This document shows positions 47,814-58,945 of a DNA stretch of 64,000 bases, one piece after another. The translations under genes and the position numbers were made by a program. The notes under the pieces were generated by a model that did not search any database, was not told the DNA's origin, and saw only the letters and a program-made list of their open reading frames with translations. Source of the DNA: an uncultured Verrucomicrobiae bacterium (GTDB taxonomy: Bacteria; Verrucomicrobiota; Verrucomicrobiia; Chthoniobacterales; JAATET01); the NCBI GenBank assembly GCA_963719495.1, contig CAVRCI010000002.1, forward strand, positions 288,001-352,000, in the 5' to 3' direction. Position 1 is the first letter of the stretch; the number at the start of each line of letters is the position of its first letter.

Positions 47814-49142
47814 TTACTCCGATGTCTCTTTTTCCGGACGGTCCAGCGTCTCGAGCAGGTGTTGGTGGCGCTCTTCGACGTCGGCGAGGTCATGGATCTG
47901 TTGGACGTCGCGGCGGGCCGTTTCGACGACCATCGATCCGTGCGCGCGGAGGGTCGCCATTCGCTCGGGCCGGTCGACCGCTTCGGCGACGCAGGTGATG
48001 ACTTCGAGGAGACGGATGAGCACCCCGACGGAACCGCGGGCGTTTTGACGGATTTGGTTGAAGGCGGAGTTGAAGAGTCCGTCGAAGGTGGTGGCGTGAA
48101 GGACGACTCGCAGCTTGCCATCGGTGTCGTGGCGCTGCGGTGGTTCGTCCGGGCGGAGGCTCAGACGGCGGATGGATGATCCGAGGCGGTCGATGCAGGC
48201 AATGGCGGTGAAGGGATCGTTGATTCCGGGGGAAAGCGAACGGACGGCGACTTCGACGAGTTGGAGGATGCCGTATTCGACGTCCTGCGTCGGCGTGCGG
48301 GTGCGACCCATGATGATCAAGAGCCGGATGCGGCGGTGGATGTCGTCGTCGAGGCGCGGGTAGACCTCCGCGATGTCGTCCCCGTCCGCGATGAAATCAC
48401 CCGGGCGACGGGTGAATCGAATGACGAGATCGTTCTTGGCGGCTAGTTTGGCCACGCCGTCGAGGTCGATCCCTTGCACGTAGTCGCCCTTCGAGACGAA
48501 GATCTTCTCGCATTTCTCGTCGAAGTCGGCGGGGAGTTCGCTGTCGGGGCGGGGCTCGTCGACATCCGGAAACTCATCCGGGTAGAGGCGGTTGATGGTG
48601 CGGCGGAGGTCCTCGTCGACGGCGCTCACGATCTGATCGGCTTGAATCTGCTCGGCGATGTGATGGATGAAAAAAATGAGGACGCCGGTGCTGAGAATGG
48701 CGAGGACCAGAGCACCGGTGGCTGCAATTTGGGGGACGAAGGCCTCCTCGCCGCCGCGAATGGTGCGGAGAATGAGCAGCGAGTAGACGAAGGTGGCGAC
48801 AAACGTGCCCATTGTGAACTGGCTCGAGCGGTCGCTCATGAAGTTGCGCAAAAGGCGGGGGCCGAACTGGCCGGAGGCGAGCGTGAGCGCGACGATGGTG
48901 ATGGAGAAGACGACGCTGGTGACGGACATCATCGCGCCGACGATGGCGGAGAGGACGTTGCGGGCGCCTTCGGCTCCGCCGGCGTAGATCCAGCCCGGAA
49001 GGTCGATTTCAGAAAACTGCACGTGGCGGTCGAACGCGACGGCACCGATCGCAATCGCGGCGGCGAAGGTGACCATCAAGCTGGGGACGAACCAGTAGTT
49101 GGCCCGGAGGGATTCCCAGATTTTGGTGAGCCGAACTTTCAT
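47814..49142 (-). CDS. DUF2254-type membrane protein
   Basis: YWFVP, FSITIVALTLASGQFGPRLLRNF, LSPGINDPFTA; ATG 49142 overlaps the upstream stop. Confidence 0.85.
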   Translation of the reverse strand: MKVRLTKIWESLRANYWFVPSLMVTFAAAIAIGAVAFDRHVQFSEIDLPGWIYAGGAEGARNVLSAIVGAMMSVTSVVFSITIVALTLASGQFGPRLLRNFMSDRSSQFTMGTFVATFVYSLLILRTIRGGEEAFVPQIAATGALVLAILSTGVLIFFIHHIAEQIQADQIVSAVDEDLRRTINRLYPDEFPDVDEPRPDSELPADFDEKCEKIFVSKGDYVQGIDLDGVAKLAAKNDLVIRFTRRPGDFIADGDDIAEVYPRLDDDIHRRIRLLIIMGRTRTPTQDVEYGILQLVEVAVRSLSPGINDPFTAIACIDRLGSSIRRLSLRPDEPPQRHDTDGKLRVVLHATTFDGLFNSAFNQIRQNARGSVGVLIRLLEVITCVAEAVDRPERMATLRAHGSMVVETARRDVQQIHDLADVEERHQHLLETLDRPEKETSE

Positions 49143-49822
49143 GCGGGGGGTTGAGGTGAACGGCTGCAACGCCAGGTTCGGACTTCGTCTTGAAACATTG
49201 CGAAGCTTCGCGAACTCGCGGCGGCGGCGTCCAAGTCTCGATTGGCGGCGGCGAAGAAATAGTCGTCGAGCGATGAGCCCAGGCTTTCGGCGTTTGTGTC
49301 GCGAAGCTTTTTCAGCTGGGGAGGGGGATTGCTTCCGTAGTAGAGCCGGGCGAGTTGCTGCTTGGCGTCACTGAAAATCGGGAGGTCGATGAGGTTGGGA
49401 TCGTGAAGAATGAGGAGCCAGCTCTCGATCATTTCGACGGGGATTGCCAAGGCCACGTCAATGGGCCATTTCGAGCGATCCTCGCCGAGGGCGGACTCGA
49501 GCATTTTTGTCAGTTCCTGATGCCGCGGTCTCTTTTTGCGATCGACGCCTGCGAGCGGGCGGGGCAAGGGATCCGCGCTTGGGTGTCCGGGCGCCCGGTC
49601 GTTGTCGATGGCGATCACAACCGCGGCATCTTGATTGCCCTTCCAATGACGAATTCCGCTGATCAAAAGGCGAGCTTTTTCCATGGCGGTTTTCCAGTTT
49701 TCGCCGGGACGAAGTTGATAGTTGGAGGGGCGTTCAAAAGTTTGTCCGGTGATGCGCTCGCAGAGCGATTCGTAGAAGGCATCATCGCGCAATCCCTCGC
49801 ACAGGACGTAAAGGTAGGTCAT
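49139..49822 (-). CDS. TOPRIM-like putative nuclease partner of the ABC ATPase (DUF4276-like)
   Basis: N-terminal LCEG..D, VVIAIDND (DxD), IPVEMIESWLL, SRSF..F. Confidence 0.6.
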   Translation of the reverse strand: MTYLYVLCEGLRDDAFYESLCERITGQTFERPSNYQLRPGENWKTAMEKARLLISGIRHWKGNQDAAVVIAIDNDRAPGHPSADPLPRPLAGVDRKKRPRHQELTKMLESALGEDRSKWPIDVALAIPVEMIESWLLILHDPNLIDLPIFSDAKQQLARLYYGSNPPPQLKKLRDTNAESLGSSLDDYFFAAANRDLDAAAASSRSFAMFQDEVRTWRCSRSPQPPA

Positions 49823-49882
49823 CCGAGACTACGGGTTGGCGGCGGATCTGGTGTCGGGGACGCCCCCAACGAAGCCGCTATA

Positions 49883-50803
49883 CTAGAGGCTGCCGAGCGG
49901 GACGTCGTCCGGATCGACCTCATCGTAATTCAGCCTTTCGAGCTTCTTCGTCAGCGTCGTGAGGGTGCTGGCACCTTCTTTCTTCTCGACGACAATCACC
50001 GCATCCTTGTGATCCTTGAAGCAGTCGACGAGGTAAGGATTCTGAGTGGTGGCGATGATGTTGATCTCGTTCCGCTCGGCGATGTCGCGGATCAATGGGG
50101 CAACCATGGAGAAGAGGCGCGGGTGCATGCCCCGGTCGATGTCTTCGAGTAGAATGATCGCGGGAGGGATCTCCTGATGGAGAATCGTGAGAATGCAGAG
50201 GATCAGGCGGGTGCCTTCGGAGAGTCCGCTGGCGGGGACGGGGTCTTTAAGGCCGCGTTCGCGGACTTGGATTTGTCGCACGCCGTCGCCGACGTTTTTG
50301 AGACTGAGCTTTTCGACTTCCGGGACGTGTTGCCGGAAATTTGTCTCTATCGCTTTGAAGAGATCCTCACGGTCGCCGCTTTTCAAAGAGTCTAATACCT
50401 GGCAGGTGCCTGATCCGGTTTCGCCCACCTGCGGTGAAATGACCGAAATTTCTGGTTCTGAGATCTGGTTCGAATCGAGGTTGAAAATCGGAACGGATTT
50501 TTCCGACCATTCGCCTTCAGCGAAACCGAAGGCGGAAGGTGAATTCGTCAGTGTAAAAAAATCACCCGTGGCTAACGTAATTTTAGTGCCAACCTCGGCA
50601 GAAGGATGATTCTGATGGCGGACCCACTCGTAGCCCTCTGCCTGACACATACGATCGGGAGCTGATGACGATACCACTTTCAAAAATCGCAAAAAATTCG
50701 ACTTCCCGCTCCCGTTAGCCCCAACGACCAGCGAGAACGGCTGGAGGTCGACTTCGGCGTCGACGAAGGATCGGAAGTTTTGGATGCGGACGTGCGTGAT
50801 CAT
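49883..50803 (-). CDS. ABC-type AAA ATPase (AAA_15/AAA_21-like); possibly ends prematurely at TAG 49883, with the reading frame extending to 49829
   Basis: IQNFRS, Walker A GANGSGKS, signature LSEGT, Walker B LLEDID, GMHP, TTQNP. Confidence 0.85.
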   Translation of the reverse strand: MITHVRIQNFRSFVDAEVDLQPFSLVVGANGSGKSNFLRFLKVVSSSAPDRMCQAEGYEWVRHQNHPSAEVGTKITLATGDFFTLTNSPSAFGFAEGEWSEKSVPIFNLDSNQISEPEISVISPQVGETGSGTCQVLDSLKSGDREDLFKAIETNFRQHVPEVEKLSLKNVGDGVRQIQVRERGLKDPVPASGLSEGTRLILCILTILHQEIPPAIILLEDIDRGMHPRLFSMVAPLIRDIAERNEINIIATTQNPYLVDCFKDHKDAVIVVEKKEGASTLTTLTKKLERLNYDEVDPDDVPLGSL

Positions 50804-50962
50804 GCCGAATCATTTCATTCAAACCCAAGGACCCTTTGAAGGCGAGAGGTTCGTGGTGGGCAACCGGGGGTGGAAGTGAGCTTCGCTTTGGGTTGGGTCG
50901 GCAGCCGGAGCGGAGCGGAGACGGGCGAAGCCAATTGAAAATCGCCGCTCCTTGAAGAGGGC

Positions 50963-52765
50963 CTATTGGCGGGTCGAGATGAGGGTGGAGCCGGGGGGGA
51001 GGCTCGTCAGATCGGTTTTGGGTGGGTTGGCCAGGATGGGTTTCCAGTCGCCGGGGGGGATCGGGATCGGCTGGGCTTCGTTGGCGAAGTTGCAGGCGAT
51101 GAGGAGCTTGCCGCGGCGGAGGGTGAGCCAGCGCTGGTCTTCGTCGAATTCGACCTCGGCGGCGATGTCTTCGTTCTCGCCGTCGAGTTGCTCGCGGCGG
51201 ATGCGGATGAGGTCTTTGTGCCAGGCGAGGAGGGCGGCGTGGGGTTCCTTTTCGATCTCGGCCCAGTCGAGTTTCGAGCGCTCGAAGGTGGCGGGGTCCT
51301 GAGGATCGGGGACGTCTTCGCTGTGGCTCTTGAACGCTCCGAACTCGCGGCGGCGGCCTTCGGTGACGAGGCGGCCGAGTTCTTTGTCGGGGTGGTCGGT
51401 GAAGTATTGGAACGGGGTGGAGGCTCCCCATTCCTCGCCTTGGAAGAGCATGGGAACGAAGGGGCTGAGGAGGAGGAGCGCGGCGATCTGGCGGAGGGCG
51501 TTGTCGTCGACGAGGGCGGGGAGGCGTTCGCCGAGGGCGCGGTTGCCGATCTGGTCGTGATTCTGCGCGCTGACGATGAGCTGGGACGGGAGGATGTCGG
51601 TGGGCGGGCGACCGTGGCTGCGCTGGCGGAAGGGGGACCACTGGCCGTCGAAGACGTAGGCTTGCTCAAGGGCTTTGGCGACGTCGGCGAGTTTGCCGTA
51701 GTCGACGTAGTAGCCGTCGAGTTCGCCGGTGAAGAACGCGTGGAGGGCGTGGTGGAAGTCGTCGCACCAGTGGGCGTCGAGGCCGTAGCCGCCGGCGGCG
51801 GTCGGGCGGACGTAGCGGGGATCGTTGAGGTCGCACTCGGCGATGAGGACGACTTCGCGGCCGGAGACGGCTTCGAACTCCGTGACGCGTTCGGCCATTT
51901 CCTCGAAGAGATTGACGGCGGATTTGTCGGTGATGGCGTGGACGGCGTCGAGGCGGAGGCCGTCGAAGTGGTAGTCGCGCAGCCACATGAGGGCGTTGTC
52001 GATGAAGAAGGCGCGGACGTCGTTGCTGCCGGCTTCGTCGACGTTCACGGCGGATCCCCACGGGGTGTGGTAGTGGTCGGTGAAGTAGGGGCCGTAGGCT
52101 CCGAGGTAGTTGCCGTCGGGACCGAGGTGGTTGTAGACGACGTCGAGGATGACGGCGAGGCTGTGGTCGTGGGCGGCGGCGATGAAGTCTTTGAGTTCGT
52201 CGGGGGTGCCGTGGGCGGGGTGGGGGGCGTAGAGCGCGACGCCGTCGTAGCCCCAGCCGTGGTGGCCGGGGTAGCTGGCGATGGGGAGGAGTTCGAGGTG
52301 GGTGACGCCGAGGTCGGCGAGGTAGGGGAGCTTGGTCGTGGCGGCGGCGTAGGTGCCTTCGGGGGTGAAGGTGCCGAGGTGGATCTCGGTGAGGACGGTG
52401 GACGCGAGGGGCTTGGGGGTGAAGGCGTGGTCGTGCCAGGTGTAGGCGGCGTGGTCGACGGTGGCGGAGGCGGCGTGGACGCCGTCGGGCTGCCAGGGGC
52501 TGCGGGGGTCGGGGAAGGGTGGGCCGCCGTCGAGGGAGTAGGCGTAGCGGATGGGGGCGGTGGGGGCTTTGGCGTCCGGGATTTCGAAGGTGTGGTGGGC
52601 GTCGTTTGGGTGGGCTAGCGGGGGGGTGGATGCGGTTTGCGGCTTCGCCGGTTGGGACGGAGCTGGGGCGGGACGCCCCAGCTCGCACGCGGGACGCGTG
52701 CGCTCCCCAGCTCCGGTGATTAATTCAATGGTTTTGGCTTTGGGGGCCCAGACTTGGAATTTCAT
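50963..52765 (-). CDS. treZ: malto-oligosyltrehalose trehalohydrolase
   Basis: FQVWAP, PDPRS..QPDGVH, WGYDGV, DVVYNHLGPDGNY, GLRLDAVHAI, QNHDQIGNR. Confidence 0.95.
   Translation of the reverse strand: MKFQVWAPKAKTIELITGAGERTRPACELGRPAPAPSQPAKPQTASTPPLAHPNDAHHTFEIPDAKAPTAPIRYAYSLDGGPPFPDPRSPWQPDGVHAASATVDHAAYTWHDHAFTPKPLASTVLTEIHLGTFTPEGTYAAATTKLPYLADLGVTHLELLPIASYPGHHGWGYDGVALYAPHPAHGTPDELKDFIAAAHDHSLAVILDVVYNHLGPDGNYLGAYGPYFTDHYHTPWGSAVNVDEAGSNDVRAFFIDNALMWLRDYHFDGLRLDAVHAITDKSAVNLFEEMAERVTEFEAVSGREVVLIAECDLNDPRYVRPTAAGGYGLDAHWCDDFHHALHAFFTGELDGYYVDYGKLADVAKALEQAYVFDGQWSPFRQRSHGRPPTDILPSQLIVSAQNHDQIGNRALGERLPALVDDNALRQIAALLLLSPFVPMLFQGEEWGASTPFQYFTDHPDKELGRLVTEGRRREFGAFKSHSEDVPDPQDPATFERSKLDWAEIEKEPHAALLAWHKDLIRIRREQLDGENEDIAAEVEFDEDQRWLTLRRGKLLIACNFANEAQPIPIPPGDWKPILANPPKTDLTSLPPGSTLISTRQ
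52658..52715 (-). repeat. family C REP inserted in frame in treZ
   Basis: CGGAGCTGGGGCGGGACGCCCCAGCTCGCACGCGGGACGCGTGCGCTCCCCAGCTCCG matches the intergenic copies. Confidence 0.8.
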
Positions 52766-52771
52766 CGTCTT

Positions 52772-55373
52772 TTATTCGGCTCTTACTAGGAGCGCTGTTG
52801 GGAAGGATTTGAACATTTCGGCGGGGCTGACCTCTCCGGTGAACGTCTGGCCGGAGAAGGCGTTGGTCCAATTGCCCTGCGGGAGGGTGACGACGGTGTC
52901 GGCCCAGTCGTCCTGGACGGAGAGGGTGAAGCGGGGGACGACGACGACGACGTCGTCGCCGCGCTGGTAGGTGACGATGTGGCCGAGGCGAGAGCCGCGG
53001 GCGCTGCGGGGCTGGTAGACGGCGGTGTCGTCGAAGCAGTGCGGGTGACTCGCTCGGATGGCGAGAGTTTTGCGGGTCATCCAGAGCTTGGGGAGGCCGC
53101 TGTCCCATTCCTGCATGGCCGTGGGACCGTCGAGGGTGTCGACGCGGGCGAGCATGGTGGCGCGGGCTTCGAAATCGACGGGGCGGCGGTTGTCGGGGTC
53201 GACGAGACTCAAGTCCCAGAGTTCGGTGCCCTGATAGAAGTCCGGCAGGCCGGGGGCGGTCATTTTGATGAGGGTCTGCGAGAGGCCGTTGATGCGGCCG
53301 GGTTCGATGAGGGGGTCGACGAATTCTTCGAGCGAGGTGACGAAGTCGGCGTTGTCGAGGATCGCGTAGGTGAAGTCGCGGATGCTGTCCTCGTAAGCGG
53401 CGTTGGGTTCGTGCCAGGTGGTCTCGATCTTGGCTTCGCGGCAGGCCTTGAGCATGTAGCCCCAGGCGCGGTCGCCGGTGATCGGCCAGGCTCCGATGAG
53501 GGTCTGATAGAGGAGGTATTCGGCGTGGCGGTCGGGCGTGCGGCCCATCCAGGCGGGCTGGTTGAGCTCCGACCAAGCGTTGAGCGCGGCGGACCAACGC
53601 TCGGGCGACTCGGTCATGACGTCGATGCGGGCGCGGACGTCCTCGGAGCGTTTGTTGTCGTGGGTCGACGTCGCGAGGAGGTTGTGCGGCCAGTTGACGT
53701 GGAGCTTGGAGCAGAATTGGTGGAAGCTCTCGGTGCTGATGCCGAAGGCGGAGGGTTGGGACCCGACTTCGTTGCAGGAGACGAGGCGGTCGTAGCAGTA
53801 GAAGGTGGTGTCCTCGGCGCCCTTGGCCATGACGGCGGGGGCGACCTGTTGCCAGCGGCCGATGAATTCGTCCTCGAGGTCGCCTTCGAGTTCGTTGGTG
53901 AGGAGGTCCTCCAAAAATTGGAAGACCTCGGGTTCGATGCCGGTGGCCTGGGCGCGGGCCTGGGCGACGGCGTCTTCGATGATTTTTTCGTCGATGGGGC
54001 CGGCGGGTTTGGTCTCGGGTGTGAGGTAGGTGCGGTAGACGGGGAGGGCTACGGTCAGCAGCTTGATCGCTTCACGCATCTGGGCGCGGGAGAGGTCGTG
54101 AGTGCGCCAGCGAGATTGGGCAACGTGGAGGGCGAGCGTGGTGAGGCGCTCGAGGTCGGCGCGGAAGTGTCCATCGACGATCTCGAGTTTTTTCTCGCGG
54201 ACGAGGGCCGGGTAGTTCACCGGATGGCCGGTGAAATCGGCGTAGGCGGCGGTGAAGGCGTCGGCTTTGTGCTCGTCCATCCAGAGACGATTCACCTTGC
54301 TGAGAAATCCGTAGCCGACGGTGCCGTCGATGGGCCAATCGGCGGGGAGTTCTTCTTCGGCGTCGAGGATCTTCTCGGCGTAGATGCGGCCTTCGGGGAG
54401 GAGCTGACGGAGGTCGCGGAAGTAGCCGCGGGGGTCGTGGAGGCCGTCGGGGTGGTCGACGCGGAGGCCGTCGACGTCCCCGTCGGCGATCATTTGCGCG
54501 ATGCGGGCGTGGGCGGCTTCAAAGACGCGGGGTTCTTCGACGCGGAGGCCGATGAGGGTGCCGATGTTGAAGAAGCGGCGGTAGTTCACGATCTCGCCTT
54601 CGAGTTTCCACCAGCAGAGCCGGTAGTATTGGTGCTCGATGACCTTGTGCAGGCGGTCGGGGTCGGCGGCGAGGGCGTCGCAGGTTTTCTGGATGGTGGC
54701 GCGCTGGGAGTCATCGGCGAGGCGGTCGCGGAGGGCGGCGGTGAGCTTCTCGGAGGTCTCGCGGTAGGTCGCGATGGTCTCGGAGGACGGGGCGCGGTCG
54801 AGGCGGATGGATTCGAGGAGTTCGACCTGGTCGAGGAGCGCGCCGTCGACGAAGGGACGCCAGGAGGCGGGACCGAGCGGCCAGGAGTTGTCGAAGTAGC
54901 GCAGTCGCGGGAGGCCGGACTCGAGGTCGATCGTGAATTGATTCTTCTCGAGGACGCTGCCGTAGGGTTCGCCGAGGGTGCAGATCGAGATGAGCCAGCG
55001 GTTCGAAATCGCGAACGGCATGACGTCGAAGGTGTCGGCCTCGGGGCTGAACGGGCCGTGACGGAGGACATCGTCCCACCACGGGTTGGCCGTGGAGGTG
55101 GTCATGTGGTTCGGCACGATGTCGACCATCACCTTCAGGCCGATGGCCTTGACGGCGTCCTGGAAGGACCGCCAGGCGGGTTCGCCGCCGATGAATTCGC
55201 TGATGACGGACGGGTCGGCGACGTCGTAGCCGTGGTCGCTGCCGGGCGCGGCCTGGAGGACGGGCGAGAGGTAGACGTGGCTGATGCCGAGGTCGCGGAG
55301 GTAGGGCAGGATGGCCTCGGCGGCGGAGAGGGGGAATCCGGCGTGAAGCTGCAGGCGGTAGGTGGCGGTCCAG

Positions 55374-55384
<11 letters not shown>
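52772..55384 (-). CDS. treY: malto-oligosyltrehalose synthase
   Basis: ATYRLQ, GSDHGYDV, DIVPNHM, NYRRFF, RVDHPDGL, AKGAEDT, STHDNKRSEDVRAR, SLVDPDNRRPVD. Confidence 0.96.
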
Positions 55385-57566
<2,182 letters not shown>

Positions 57567-57781
57567 TTTGGTTTTTGAAATTCTGAAATCGTCGGGCGGT
57601 CGGGGCGTTTACGGTCGAAAAATCAGGAGTTATCGCATGCCCCTGCCGAACTGCGCGGGTGGTTCGCGTCGATTACGCTTGGCCGGGGACGATAGACGAC
57701 TTCCGGAGCGCGGAAAGGAAAGTTTTGTTGCGCCCGGGGCGGGATTTCCAATGATGTCGCGATGACGACACGGCGGCGGCG

Positions 57782-58945
57782 ATGACCAAATTTCTCCACA
57801 CGGCGGATTGGCAAATCGGCAAGCCCTTCGCGGGCATCGCCGACGCGCACAACCGCGCGCTCGTGCAGCAGGAGCGGCTTGCGGTGATCGACCGGATCGG
57901 CGAGGCGGCCCGCGGGCACGGCGCGGAATTCATCCTGGTGGCCGGCGATCTCTTCGATTCTCCGACGCCGACGCGGGCGATGGTGTCGGCGACGTGCGCG
58001 GCGATCGGGCGGATCGGGTTGCCCGTGATCGCGATCCCGGGAAATCACGATCACGGCGGAGCGGGCGGGCCGTGGGAGCGGGAGTTTTTCGTGCAGGAAC
58101 GCGCCGAGCTCGCGCCGCGGCTGAGCATTTTGGCGGAGCCCGCGCCCTTCGTGATCGGCGGCGCTGTCATTTTCCCGTGTCCGCTGACGCGGCGGGCGGA
58201 GTCGGCGGACACGACCGCGTGGCTGCGCGACCCGGGCGTGCCCAGCGCGGCGGGTAAAGCGGTCCGAATCGTGCTGGCCCACGGGAGCACGCGGGGATTT
58301 GGCGGCGAGAGCGATGAAGACGAGAGCGTTTCGACCGCGACGAATCGGATCGATCTCGGGCGATTGGAAGCGGGGGAATTCGACTACGTCGCACTCGGGG
58401 ACTGGCACGGGACGAAGGAAGTCGGTGCGAAAGCGTGGTATTGCGGGACGCCCGAGCCGGATCGCTTTCCGAAGGGCGAGGCCAACCGCCCGGGCCACGC
58501 CCTCGCCGTCACCGTCGAGCGAGGCGGGGAGCCGGACGTGGCCGCGATCGCGACCGCGCGATTCGGGTGGCACCGGATCGAGCGGAATCTGGCGGACGAT
58601 GGCGCGGTCGACGCGCTCCGCGATGAGATCGATGTCCTCATGGGTCAGCGGACGCAGCGCGATCTGCTGCGGTTGGAAGTCGGCGGCACGCTCGGCATCG
58701 ACGCGACGACGCGGCTCGAAGCGCTCGTCGGGACGCTCGAGGCGCGGCTTTTGCGCGTGAAGTGGATCGATCAGACCACGCTCGCGCCGAGCGACGCCGA
58801 GATCGTGGCGCTCACCGAGCGAGCGGGTGACCCGTTGATCGCCCGGGTCGCGGGTGAGCTGGTCGCCCGCGCCGACGGGACGGACGAAGACGCGGCGGTG
58901 GCCCGCGTCGCGTTGCGGGAACTCCACGCGGCGGTCGGGCGATGA
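57782..58945 (+). CDS. Mre11/SbcD-like metallophosphoesterase nuclease (YhaO-like)
   Basis: HTADWQIG, AGDLFD, PGNHD, AHGS, ALGDWH, GTPEPDRF. Confidence 0.9.
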   Translation: MTKFLHTADWQIGKPFAGIADAHNRALVQQERLAVIDRIGEAARGHGAEFILVAGDLFDSPTPTRAMVSATCAAIGRIGLPVIAIPGNHDHGGAGGPWEREFFVQERAELAPRLSILAEPAPFVIGGAVIFPCPLTRRAESADTTAWLRDPGVPSAAGKAVRIVLAHGSTRGFGGESDEDESVSTATNRIDLGRLEAGEFDYVALGDWHGTKEVGAKAWYCGTPEPDRFPKGEANRPGHALAVTVERGGEPDVAAIATARFGWHRIERNLADDGAVDALRDEIDVLMGQRTQRDLLRLEVGGTLGIDATTRLEALVGTLEARLLRVKWIDQTTLAPSDAEIVALTERAGDPLIARVAGELVARADGTDEDAAVARVALRELHAAVGR

